A program made the translations under genes and the position numbers. Below are positions 11,484-22,466 of a DNA stretch of 64,000 nucleotides, piece after piece. Numbering within the stretch: the first letter of the stretch is position 1; every line of letters starts with the position of its first letter. The stretch is from Salisapilia sapeloensis CBS 127946. Taxonomy: Eukaryota; Protista; Oomycota. The stretch lies in contig JAADVB010000084.1 in the NCBI GenBank assembly GCA_023334545.1, positions 3,358 through 67,357 on the forward strand, in the 5' to 3' direction. The notes beneath the pieces are model-generated. The model was not told where the DNA came from and did not search any database. It was given only the letters and a program-made list of their open reading frames with translations.

Positions 11484-12476
11484 ATGATGCAGACGGCGAC
11501 GGTCACGAGCTCTTCCTGGGAGGACTTGCGTCGAGCTGCACGTGCGTCGGAACGTACGTTGGAAGATAAAATCACGTCGTACGTGACGATTAGCAAGACG
11601 ACGAAACGTGGAGAGAATGTGCAGGACGAAGGTAGGCTTGATAAGATAGGAAGAAGGAATGGCATCATAATTGAAACAAGCATAGATCACGTATCGGAGG
11701 AAGTAACTGGGGAACGACAATTGGCACTGGAGATTGAAGATGCTTTGACTACGGTAGACTGGCTTAGTTCACTACAGGGTTCATGCAAAGATAATAACGA
11801 CGTTTTGCACGTAGCTCTCCGACACGATCGATGAGATGAGTGCGTTTGTCGGATCGTCTGGAGCCAAAGCACAAGAAGCTCTGCTCCAGCGGTACCGTGA
11901 ACTATATTTTGACTTTAAAACCGAGTTTCGTCGTGCTAGTGTACGTCCTTTAAACATTTTATCATGGTCGAAGCTAATAGGAAGCGCCATGTAGACGGTG
12001 TTGCAGGAGAAACGGGATTCACAAAAGCTATTCGGAGACAGGTACAAGATCCTCTGTACAAATCGATTCGTAGGATGAAAGCTAAGTAGCGATTCGATAT
12101 ATCTAGAGTCCAGATTGGCGTCTCTGACGATGCAGAGATGGATTCTCTGCTCAACGAACGTCGGGCAGTGGACTCATCACGTTCCATTACGAGCAGCATC
12201 ATTGAGTATGCTATACTTATATCGTTTACTCCATACACAGCTAACATGATGCGATACAGCCAAGCAATGGCGACCAAGACGTCTTTACAAGAACAACGCG
12301 ATCGGTTCATGAACTCTCGTAACAAGGTGTACACCCTGTCGACGTCTTTCGCCGGCATCAATTCGCTCATGGAGCAGATCCGCCGCAAGAAGCTGCGTAA
12401 CAACACGATCCTGGCGCTCGTCATCGCCGGCTGCATCTGCTTTACGCTCTGGTGGACCGTTCTATCCCACTTTTAA
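11484..12476 (+). CDS. GOSR1: Golgi Qb-SNARE GOS1/GOSR1 (multi-exon)
   Basis: WEDLRRAARASERTLEDKITSY, LQRYRELYFDFKTEFRR, GINSLMEQIRRKKLRNNTILALVIAGCICF plus C-terminal TM anchor. Confidence 0.85.
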
Positions 12477-12938
12477 AGTATATTTTCATCGTCCACATGC
12501 TCTTCCTTTGATCCTCCCCATCGCTTCCTCCACTTGTATCCTGTATACTGTGTCATATAAACACTTGGACGCGCGATGGAACATCACGCCATCCACCTGT
12601 CTCGATTCTAGAGTTACCCACAAGACTAGCTACCTATATCGTCAATAGCCCCCCTTTCCATGCACCCACTTCGTACGACCAATACAAGATCCAATGTCCG
12701 AGCTAGAACTCGCTTCCGTCCAAAGAAGCGAGGAGGAGCTCTAGCTAGAGTGGACGCGTGTCCCATAAAATAACATGCTAAAGGACTCGCGCTTTGTGTC
12801 CACTTGGAGCGAACCATATCGAGACGCCGGCTCTCCACACTTTTTTTCGCCAAAGCAGCGGGTTGCGTCCCATCCACCGGGCGACCGAGTTCCATCTAGC
12901 GACAGCTACTCGCTCGATAAGCTTCGTATTAAACGACA

Positions 12939-13780
12939 ATGAGTGATCGAACGGGAGTCTCGCTGCTCGTACGCAACATAAGCCGTCGAGCGAGGTACGT
13001 CTCGACCCTTTATTCTATCTTTTTTCATCACTCGTGATCGAAGTGTTTGAATGGCCGTCAATGCTCATGCCATCACCTCCATAGAGTCGAAGACATTCGA
13101 AAGGAATTTGAACGATTTGGAACCGTCCGAGATGTGTATATTCCTCGAGACTTTTACACTCGGTGCGTCGAGTCGATAAATCATCTCGTATCAAGCTAAC
13201 GTCGTGTCGTCCGTAGCGAAGTGAAAGGCTTTGCCTTTGTCGAGTTCGAGACCGACAAGGAGGCTGAAGATGCTCGAGATGCACTTGATGGCACTAACCT
13301 CGATGGACGCGACATCCATGTCATCTTTGCGCAAGAACGTCGAAAGACGACGCAGCAGATGCGCGATCGCGAGCGGTACGTCACATTTCCACTTGACATT
13401 GATATCGTTTAACACTTGGCTCTAGACACGACAGTGGCGGACGTCGTAACAACCGCAATCGCAACCGCTCTCGTTCGCCCCGGGACTCATCTCCTCGTCG
13501 ACGTCGAGACCGATCTCGTTCACGCGAACGCGAGCGTCCTCGTCGTGGCGGTCGTCGCTCCCGCTCGAGATCGAACCGACCGCGCCGTGGTGCATCCCCG
13601 AAGCGTCGATCCAAGTCCGGCTCGCGTTCACCTGCTCGGTCTCGCAGCCGCTCACGCCGGAAAGAGGACCGCTCGGCGTCGCCCCGAAGAGGACGCGCTA
13701 GTGACGAAGAGATGGAGGCTGAATCTCCTCGCCGCAAGGCTGGAAGCGATGACGACAGGAACAGTGAGGAGCGGGATTAA
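12939..13780 (+). CDS. SR splicing factor with single RRM and RS domain (SCL/SRSF10-like)
   Basis: SLLVRNISRR, EFERFGTVRDVYIPRDFYT, RNP1 KGFAFVEF, then an RS-rich tail; three introns. Confidence 0.85.
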
Positions 13781-13820
13781 ACGTCGACACCCGAAGCTTC
13801 AAGTAGTGAGGACGCAGTCG

Positions 13821-13846
13821 AGAGAAAGAGAGAGAGAGAGAGAGAG
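13821..13846. repeat. (AG)n microsatellite
   Basis: agagaaagagagagagagagagagag just 3' of the SR gene. Confidence 0.9.
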
Positions 13847-14087
13847 GCAAAGGAGAAAACAAGAAGCCGCCATCTGCCTGGATCCGTCTCGAGCTTCGTG
13901 GGAGCTGTTTCTTTTTTTTTTCTTTTACTACTTGTCTCGATCTTCCTATATACTTGTAGCTTGATGCCGACTAGAGGTAGATACGAACTGCCACGACACA
14001 ATATAGTTGCACGCACGTAGAACGCTTAGTACATGTCTGTTACATACCATTCACCTCGGTACCGTTGTCTCCCGTCCACCAATTCAT

Positions 14088-15422
14088 ATGACCATGCGCT
14101 GTCACTACGAAGTCCTAGAGGTACAGCAGGATGCTGCCAGTAAAGATATCAAGCGTGCTTTTCATGTACAAGCTTTGAAATGGCACCCGGATAAACATCA
14201 GAGTCGAAATGTCTCGCATGCCGAAGCCACGGAGCGATTTCAAGAAATACAGGCTGCGTATGAAGTGCTGAGTGATCCGCATGAACGGCAGTGGTATGAC
14301 GACCATCGAGAACAGATACTACGTGGAGATGATGAACAGACAGAGGAAGAGCTGAATCTGTTCAAGTACTTTTCTCCGTCCATCTACAAAGGTTTTGGGA
14401 CTGATCGTCGAAGTTTCTACACGGTTTATCACGACTTATTCCTCGAAATCGATCGTCTTGATGCGGATAGTCATGCCAAGGGATGGGAGAAAGCTCCTGC
14501 ATTCGGCGATCAAGACGCTGGAATTGATGATGTGCTAGCTTTCTATCGACATTGGGAAGGATACGTTACCAAGCGAACGTTTGCGTGGCTAGACCAGTAC
14601 AAGACGACGGATGGTCCGACGAGACAGGTGCGTCGTGCGATGGAAAAGGAGAACCAAAAGGTTCGAGATGCTGCCAAGAAAGCGTTTACATCTCAAGTAC
14701 GTGAACTCGTGGAGTTTATCAAGAAACGAGATCCGCGTATGATCCAATACGTCCAAGAACGAGAGGAACGGAAGCGACAGCAACAGCTTGAGAAGGAAGA
14801 GAGGCAGAGGAAGAAGAAAGAGGAGTATGAAGCACAGCGTAAAGCTTTCCAGGAAGCTGAAGAAGCTCGATTAAAGAATGAACCGAGGAGAAAGCAGCTA
14901 CAGCAGGAGGAAGAAGAGGAACTGGAAAAGTGGAGACGAAGGATGAATGCAGAGGTATGGAAATGTGACGTGTGTCAAAAGTCCTTCAAGTCGGAGAAGC
15001 AGGTCGCGAACCACTTGGACTCGAAGAAGCATCGGGACAAGGAAAAAGAGCTGGGGATCACTAGCGATATCGATGCCGTAGATGCTGCCATGGAAGCCGA
15101 GCTACAGGCAGAGTTGGCAGCAATGGCTCTGGACAAGCACAAGCAGACAGACAAAGCTACAGACAATGACAAGATAGATAGTAAAAAGCAGGAAGAGGAG
15201 GAACGAGAGGAGAAGGAACGAGCTGACAAAGAGGAAGCTGCTCGCATTCGTCAAGAAAAAGAGGCACGTGCAGCTTTAAAGCGCAAGGAACGTAAGGAGA
15301 AACGCAAGGCGGAGCGACATGGGGAAGTAGAGAAGATTGTGACGGCTGCACGTGACCAAGACGATGATGACGACGATGGGAAGAAGCGCAAAGGCAAAGG
15401 TCGAAGGCGTGGTAAAAAGTAA
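14088..15422 (+). CDS. DNAJC21: DnaJ protein C21/Jjj1 (J-domain, C2H2 zinc finger, charged tail)
   Basis: CHYEVLEV..LKWHPDK J-domain, FAWLDQY..RQVRRAMEKENQKVRDAAKK, CDVCQKSFKSEKQVANHLDSKKH. Confidence 0.9.
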   Translation: MTMRCHYEVLEVQQDAASKDIKRAFHVQALKWHPDKHQSRNVSHAEATERFQEIQAAYEVLSDPHERQWYDDHREQILRGDDEQTEEELNLFKYFSPSIYKGFGTDRRSFYTVYHDLFLEIDRLDADSHAKGWEKAPAFGDQDAGIDDVLAFYRHWEGYVTKRTFAWLDQYKTTDGPTRQVRRAMEKENQKVRDAAKKAFTSQVRELVEFIKKRDPRMIQYVQEREERKRQQQLEKEERQRKKKEEYEAQRKAFQEAEEARLKNEPRRKQLQQEEEEELEKWRRRMNAEVWKCDVCQKSFKSEKQVANHLDSKKHRDKEKELGITSDIDAVDAAMEAELQAELAAMALDKHKQTDKATDNDKIDSKKQEEEEREEKERADKEEAARIRQEKEARAALKRKERKEKRKAERHGEVEKIVTAARDQDDDDDDGKKRKGKGRRRGKK

Positions 15423-15465
15423 AATACAGCCTTTGTACTTGTACCAGTGCTTGTGTCTTTCTTCC

Positions 15466-17194
15466 TTACGACTGGTTGCTCTTCAAGCGATCAGCACACT
15501 CTTGACACACAGGCATCCACTTGGAAGCTGCACATTTCGCGACGGCCGGTTGACTCTTGCAGCTTGAGCACATGATCACATCCTCTTCATGTGCTTCTGG
15601 TGACTCTTCTTTTGTCGTGGCTGTTCCCTTCTCATTTATTTCTTGCGAATCGTACTTGTCGTGTGCCATCATCTCCTGTCGTTCGTTCTCTTCCCTCCAC
15701 GCGGAAACTCGGTTCCGTTGGGCAGCACGTCGAGCTTCCACCTCCTGCTTCTTCGTCTCAATGTCAGATCTTACGCGAGCTTGTAGCTTACCGAAATCTT
15801 GATCCAGCTTCTCGAGCAACCAGTGCAGTCCTTGCTCAAGTCGATCATCCACCATGTTGTTATTCTGAGAAGCCTTGGCGATGCACGGCATGAGCATCGT
15901 ATTAGGTCGGTCGTCCGTGTGAAGTAGACATCTCAACTCCTGCTCTTCCATGACAGAAGGATCATCGCGTTTATTGGCAAAACTGATCAAAGCAACAATC
16001 ATGGTCATCTACTCGTATATCTAATGCGAGTGCTATCGAGCTGTACATACATGAGGAGAGGCTTGTCGACCATCATCGAATGAGACATGGATGTGCTGAG
16101 TACTTGAGCTGCTTCATGGATGCTGTTCTGATCAGCAGAGTCGACGACGAAGATGATACCATGAACCTACTTGCACAAAAGCTCTTTTAGTCGATACACG
16201 ACGATAATCGAGTCTGAAGCAGAGTGTACGTCAGCATAGTACTCTGGCCAGACGTTTCGGAAGGCAGGACCTCCGCCAAGATCGTAGAACTTGATGTATC
16301 CTGTTTCCGTCTGGAACTCTGCAGACGTGAAGCCTGCGCTTGGTACATGCTCCTTCTCTAGCTCACCTTGCAAGGTAGACAGCAGCGTTGACTTGCCAGC
16401 GTTATCAATGCCGATGATCAACACAACGAGCGACTTGGGCTCAGAAGCAGGCGCTGCATCCCTGTTTTCATCCATAACACTTGTCGAGTCCTTCGGATCG
16501 GTCGATTCCTCTAATGTAGGCTCTTTATCGGGCACGTTGGGCATGGTAGGTGCTGCTGACGTATCTGGCTTTAAGCACATGCCATGCACGCTATGCTCCG
16601 TCTTTCCATCGCCGTACTGGACCGTGTAAAGTTGTGTCTGTGGATCAAACGCAGTGATAGTTGCTGGCCAATATCTCGGTCTTCCTTTGTACCGACATAG
16701 CACTCGGTCATTGACTGCGTACACGACGTCGTTGTCTTGATTTGAAGTAGCGGCAAGTGCATGATCTCCGCTTCCGACAATAATCCTTGCCTGGACAATG
16801 TCCTTGATAAAACCTACCAGGTTACCACTGAGTTTCCATCGGACATAAATTGATACGTCCAGCATACCTTTGACGGAGCTCGGACGCTCACGAAGTATCT
16901 GGTGCGCCAAGTCGTCCATGATCGGAATTACACTAGTTGCCATGTAATCCACCATTTGCTGTCGCTTGCTAAGCTTCTTCGTATAGCGAGAGTATGGAAA
17001 CTGCTGATTCTGATGGGAGAAGCGGTCAGACTTGGATTCGTCGACAAAGTCGTGGATGAACTCATAGATGCATTCCGGCTGATAAAGTAGTAGCGCTTCA
17101 ATGAGGGGCATGAGGACAGGATCTACATACTTTCGCAAGTACTCGTGCTCGTTCGTATCCGCTGGCTGGTGAGGCGTCGCTGCCGCCGGTTGTA
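15466..17194 (-). CDS. ARL13: ARL13-like ciliary GTPase with N-terminal 2x Dpy-30/RIIa-like motifs and a Tudor-like domain; 5' end uncertain (further exons may extend to ~17500)
   Basis: GIDNAGKST P-loop, DLGGG (Gly instead of catalytic Gln, typical of ARL13), ANKRD G4, coiled coil, C-terminal CxxC..C..CxxC. Exons seen in ORFs 16167..17306 and 15466..16008. Confidence 0.75.
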
Positions 17195-17593
17195 CTGTAG
17201 CAATTGCAATAAAATCATATCGTATTTGTTTTAATGAAAAAGTAAGTGGTAGTTGCATCCGCACCAGAGTCATTAAGAGATGGCCTCCTCTGTGGTGGGC
17301 TTGCATTCATACTTCCGAAGCTGACGTCGATAACCAGACGTTTGTCCTGCTTGCGTCACGTACCGGGATAGAAAGACTAGCACATGCATTAGACACGTCT
17401 TTGAAGGTACTCTATAAGCTAAGGGACCTATGGCAATGCTCTCGTGACGATCGCCGATGGTAGCTGCGTAGGAGACAAGGAGGACGAGCGACGGTTGTTA
17501 CGTAGCTATCTGTCGCTTCAAGATACCGTCGAACGGTATACAAATTTCTAGTCAAAACCTTTTGGTCCGTAGGCACCTAATATCGTGTCAATC

Positions 17594-18658
17594 ATGCTGT
17601 CGACGGCGACGAAGAGAGCTGCTTCCTCCACCGCTACACGTGCCTTTTCATCACAAGCAGGGCATGCTGGTGTCTCCGGTACGACCATGCAATCCACACG
17701 GAGTATCAATACTATATATTGATCCTTTTATATCTATTGACAGGTGCCAAGCTGGATGGCATTGCTCGATTCTATAAGACGGCGGACGTAAAGGAAGTGG
17801 AGGACGAGACAAACGGAAAGAAGGAATACGCAGTCGTGCTAGATGGCAAGACTGTGAAGACACCAGCTTTCCGTCCGCTGCGTTTACCGTCTCGATCCAT
17901 GGCATTTGCTGTCGCTCAGGAATGGGACGCTCAAGAAAAAGAGATTCGTCCTGCGACCATGCCCATGATGACACTCGCCTCCACGGCCATCGACTTTGAC
18001 AGGAGCTCTACGGTATCGGAAGTCGTCAAGGAGATCATGCGTTACTTCCACTCGGACACGCTGTGCTACCAGGTGACGGGCGACCAACAGGATAAGCTCG
18101 AGTCTTTGCAGGAGCGCAAGTGGGGTCCCATCCGTAAATGGTTTTCTGACAAGTTCGACGGTGAGGTGGACGTCAGCCACGGAACCATCGGTGCTATCAA
18201 GCACGATGACACGCTCGTTGCCAACGTCAAAGATCATCTAGACAATGTACTTACATCTCGTTCCTGTGTTTATCATAAAAAAAACTCATGACCTGGACGT
18301 AGCTGTCGGTCATGGAGCTTATCGGCTTGAGGACGCTTACAAAGGAGTGCAAGGTAGAGTCCCTCGTAGCGTATCACCAGCCACTAAAGTACTAAAACCA
18401 CTTCGTACAGTCCTTGATCGCAGCCATGGCCATTAAAGAACGACACTTGTCCGCCAAAGAGGTACGTCTTCCTCCTCTATCTCGATAGCAACGTACTAAA
18501 TGATCCTATAGGCGATGGACTTGGCGCGTGTGGAAGAGGAGTTCCAGATCGAGCGCTGGGGACTCGTCGAAGGAGGGCACGACCTCGATCGAGCCAACGC
18601 GAGCGTCCGCATTTCCAGTGCCTCCGTCCTCCTATGGCTTCTCCAGCACCAAAACTAA
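17594..18658 (+). CDS. ATP12: Mitochondrial F1 ATPase assembly factor ATP12/ATPAF2 (multi-exon)
   Basis: Presequence MLSTATKRAASS.., RFYK, LDGKTVKTP, AVAQEWDAQ..IRPATMPMMTLASTAID, last exon ARVEEEFQIERWGLVEGGHD. Confidence 0.9.
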
Positions 18659-18766
18659 CGTCTTCACTACCAAGATGAAAGAAACCAAATAAACCAATGT
18701 GGGCATTAAAAAACTCCATGTTGCATCCACCTATAGCAAACGTATACGTCTACAAACACACACTTG

Positions 18767-19507
18767 TTACTCGAGCTCTTGGTTGCAAAGCGGGCACACG
18801 GGCATGCGACTCGACCCTGCGGCAGTGTACGCCCATCGGTCGAGACATTCCAAATGGAATTCATGCTTGCACTTGCGAACGACACGCAGAACGTCTCCTG
18901 AACCGTACTCGTCACAGCAAATGCAGCACGTGTCATTGTTCGACGGACCTCCTCGATAGTCCGCCAAGAGCTCCACCAAGTCATCTCGCTGGACGCAATT
19001 GGAACTATCGACGTCTCGACGCTTAAGACGCTGTTTTAAATCCCCGATCGATGTCGTCTTGAGCTCCTCTGGCGTTTTGTACTCTTCCGTCGGCATGGCG
19101 TGGATGATGTGCATGATGCGATTGTACACTTGCTCCGTGTCGACAGTCGGCTGACTGCGTGGAGCGTTCGCACGAGCAGTGTGGTGGTCGATACTAGCTC
19201 GAACGACTTCGCGCCATGGCATCGCAGGGTGCTGCTGATGGATGTGATAGGCCGTACGACCGTAGAGGCATATACGATAGAAGCCATAGAGCGAGATGCA
19301 CATGAGAATCAGTCCAGCGAGCCGTAGATTGTCCGTCGAGTCGCTCCCTGCACCCGACTGCAGTATCGGTACGGCTGCTTGGGCTATCACCATCAACATG
19401 ATGACCCAGGGACTATCGGAAGCATTGTAAATGACCATCATGGTGCTTTCGGACGTGAATATGGCAATGACGTTCTCTCTCTCCGATTCTGATTTCGGAC
19501 GTGTCAC
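18767..19507 (-). CDS. Membrane-anchored RING-H2 E3 ligase with SAP-like helical motif
   Basis: Two hydrophobic segments, SIGDLKQRLKRRDVDSSNCVQRDDLVELL, CCICCDEY..C.HEFH..CLDRW..CPLC. ATG start likely at 19441. Confidence 0.75.
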   Translation of the reverse strand: MTRPKSESERENVIAIFTSESTMMVIYNASDSPWVIMLMVIAQAAVPILQSGAGSDSTDNLRLAGLILMCISLYGFYRICLYGRTAYHIHQQHPAMPWREVVRASIDHHTARANAPRSQPTVDTEQVYNRIMHIIHAMPTEEYKTPEELKTTSIGDLKQRLKRRDVDSSNCVQRDDLVELLADYRGGPSNNDTCCICCDEYGSGDVLRVVRKCKHEFHLECLDRWAYTAAGSSRMPVCPLCNQELE

Positions 19508-19586
19508 GCTAAATACGCGCCCATAGTTAGCTCGGCACTAACTGCGCACGCAGATAAGACAGAGCTCCGAACAGCTTTCGATCGAG

Positions 19587-20481
19587 ATGGCGAATCGAGC
19601 GCTCGTACCTCCATTTCGCTTCAGTACAGTCCAACAGGAGCTCTATCGAGGTGCTTATCCGTCACTTAAAAACTTTCGTTTTCTACGAAGACTTTCGTTA
19701 AAGACAATTATCTCTCTCATCCCGGAACCACCGACCGTCGACCTCGCCGAGTTCTGTGCCGCCGAAGGCATTGTCAATTATCATTTCCATGCAGATAAAT
19801 TCACGTCGGATAATGTTACTGTGCCGCCGGCAACAGTGGCACAGATCCTACAGCTTATGCTGAAGAAGGAGAACCTGCCGCTCTACATCCACTGCCTCGA
19901 TGGCGCCAATGTCACGGGTATTGTCATCATGGTCCTCCGAAAATTGCAGAACTGGACAAAGGTCGCTATCACGTCCGAGTTTTGTCGGTATAATTTCCTT
20001 TATTACTCATCCTACCATCCAATAGCACTAAGCTAGCTCTAGCTTTACTCGAGACCACAACATTGAAAAGGATGAATCCGAATATCTCGTCGCCTTCTCG
20101 GAAGAGATCATCGTCACAAACGACGCTCCTCATTGGCTATGGAATGGCGTCCGTATCTCCAAACACCCGACAATGATCATCCACCAGCCCGACTTGGAGA
20201 CGACTACCGGCAACACCGACACACCCTTTGGCCCGACTAGGTATCATGTCGATCTTTTGGTCGTAAACATCATGTCTCACTCTGTATCCAGCACCCAGCC
20301 GTTGGAATCCGATATAGATAAGACGGAAGCTCTCATGCGCCAGTTTGAAGAAGCCAGCCGCTCTCGCACCTTCCACGACGCTGCCAGTAGCCACGAAGAC
20401 ATGGATATGAACGCAGATGAAAGCGTCGTCGACGTCTCGATCCCGAAATCACTAGATGCACTCGACCTCGCAGGAGTCTAA
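19587..20481 (+). CDS. Plant-and-fungi atypical dual-specificity phosphatase family (Siw14/OCA6-like), probably catalytically impaired
   Basis: VPPFRFSTVQQELYRGAYPSLKNFRFLRRLSLKTIISL; P-loop HCLDGANVTG lacks the CX5R Arg; intron about 19988-20042. Confidence 0.75.
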
Positions 20482-20588
20482 TCGCGTCCAAGTATAAAGC
20501 TTTCGTTTCGTACCGTTTCGCATCTTCCTGCCTCCATCTCTGTACGCTTCTGTCGCCATGTTGTAAGCCACGTCGCTTGACGATACCC

Positions 20589-21099
20589 TCCCGATCTTAA
20601 AAGTGAAGCCACCACACGTATCCGGATAAGGAAAATGACAAAACGAGAGTACGAAATTTATGCATGTGAGTAGTTTTGAAAGCTGCATTCGTTTCCAGAG
20701 ATGGAGAAGCATTAAATAGATGGCATTACACAAGTAGCTGTCATTGTAAGAGAAGCTTCATGGAAACGACGGGTATATGTAAATGCATCGAGTTTTTATT
20801 GGAAGACTAGACCAAAATATGTAGTGTCTAGTTTTCACGTCTTCTCGCATTTCATCCTACTCATCCCCATTCAACGATGCAAGCAAAGCAGATCCAAAGC
20901 GTGCCTACTTACAAAGTACATGCTCTTTAACTTTTATCTCCTGCATAAATACAAGTCGTACTCTCACTTCGTCATTATCTTTTAAGTATACGCCAGTTTT
21001 CATGAATTCTCTTCCCGCCCGGGCTCTCTGTTCCCAAATGTGCTCCCGTTTTGTCATTTCCCGATCTTCAAAGTGAAGCCACCACGCATATCCGGATAA
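20589..21099 (+). repeat. 41-bp imperfect direct repeat (20589-20629 and 21059-21099)
   Basis: tcccgatctt[a/c]aaagtgaagccaccac[a/g]c[g/a]tatccggataa; 3 mismatches, 470-bp spacing. Confidence 0.9.
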
Positions 21100-21140
21100 C
21101 CTACGCCTACGACATCAAGCTCACTTTGGAAATCATCGAC

Positions 21141-22323
21141 ATGGCGACGGACGAGAATTGGCTACCAGGAAAGATTAAGCGAGGCGAAGTGCCGGCACGG
21201 GGCGTGAACCTCGGAGGCTGGCTGGTCGCAGAACACTGGATGACGTGGAGCTCTCCTATTTGGAATGGAGTCCCGGAAGAGATTGCGTCAAAGGGAGAGT
21301 TCGCGACGATGCAGTACCTTGGCCATGAAGAGGGAGACCGTAGGTTTAATGAACATCGCGCCGAGTGGATCAAGGAGGAAGATATCATCGAAATGAAGCG
21401 ATATGGACTCAACATGGTGCGTGTGCCGGTTGGGTACTGGATCCAGGAGATCGACCCGACGGACATCTCGAACAAGCAAGAGTGGAAGGTGTATGCACCG
21501 CACGCGATCTCGTATCTCGACCGACTGGTCTTTGACTGGTGTGTCAAGCACGAGATGGGCGTCTTGATTGACATCCACGGTGCCAAGGGAAGTCAGAACG
21601 GCAAAGACCACTCTGCACCGGCCGAACCAGGTATACATTCTTCCTAGGATGTGAATTGCATTGATCTCGACTTAGCTACGGTTGCCTATAGGTGAGAAAT
21701 TCTGGTCGCAGTACCCAGAGAACGTCGAGAACACGGTCCAATTCGCGTGCTTCCTCGCGATCCGCTACCGCTACGCTGCATCCTTTGTCGGACTGGAGAT
21801 GATAAACGAACCAGAGCATCCGATGGACGTAGATGTGCTGCACAACTACTATGACCGTGTCTACAAGGCGATCCGGAACGCAGATATCGACTGCTTGCTC
21901 ATCACGAGTCCGCCACTGACGGAGCAACATGCTCCGGTCATGGAGAACTTTATGCGCTACCCAGAGTACTACTACGTTGCACATGACTTCCACCCGTACT
22001 TCATCTGGGGATACGAAGGTCAAGATCAAGATGATATCCTCGACGCCGTCAAGGGATACAAAAAGATGCTAAAGCGTTGGGAAGGCAACTGGCTCTTCAT
22101 TGGCGAATGGAGCTGTGGATCCCACGCAAGTGCCTTCCCGGCCGAGAACCGAGGCGACTTGCGAAAGTTTGCTCGTGCTCAGCTCAAAGCCTTCAAGCAC
22201 GCGCATGCCGGATGGACGTTCTGGAGCTGGCGCCACTCGGACGACAGCCACAACCGTGCCAGTGGCTGGTCGATGCGTCAATTGCTTCGTGACGGCATCA
22301 TCCCGCACATGGACGAGCTCTAA
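21141..22323 (+). CDS. Glycoside hydrolase family 5 exo-beta-1,3-glucanase-like (2 exons)
   Basis: RGVNLGGWLVAEHWMT, VRVPVGYW, LIDIHGAKGSQNG, acid/base INEP, nucleophile FIGEWS, GWTFWSW; intron about 21631-21690. Confidence 0.85.
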
Positions 22324-22330
22324 GAATTGA

Positions 22331-22374
22331 AAAGAGAAAGAAAGAGAAAGAAAGAGAAAGAAAGAGAAAGAAAG
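22331..22374. repeat. Tandem repeat (AAAGAGAAAG)x4 plus partial unit
   Basis: Four exact 10-bp units at 22331-22370. Confidence 0.9.
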
Positions 22375-22466
22375 AAAATGGTGAATGGAAATATCTTTAC
22401 AACCGTTCAAGATTTATCCTTTACAAAATGCCACCCGTCGTAAGCTCCACACAAATATCACGAACC

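Noticed and set aside
22331-22374. Tandem 10-mer as a CRISPR-like array
   Set aside because: No spacers; a simple purine-rich tandem repeat in a eukaryotic 3' region.
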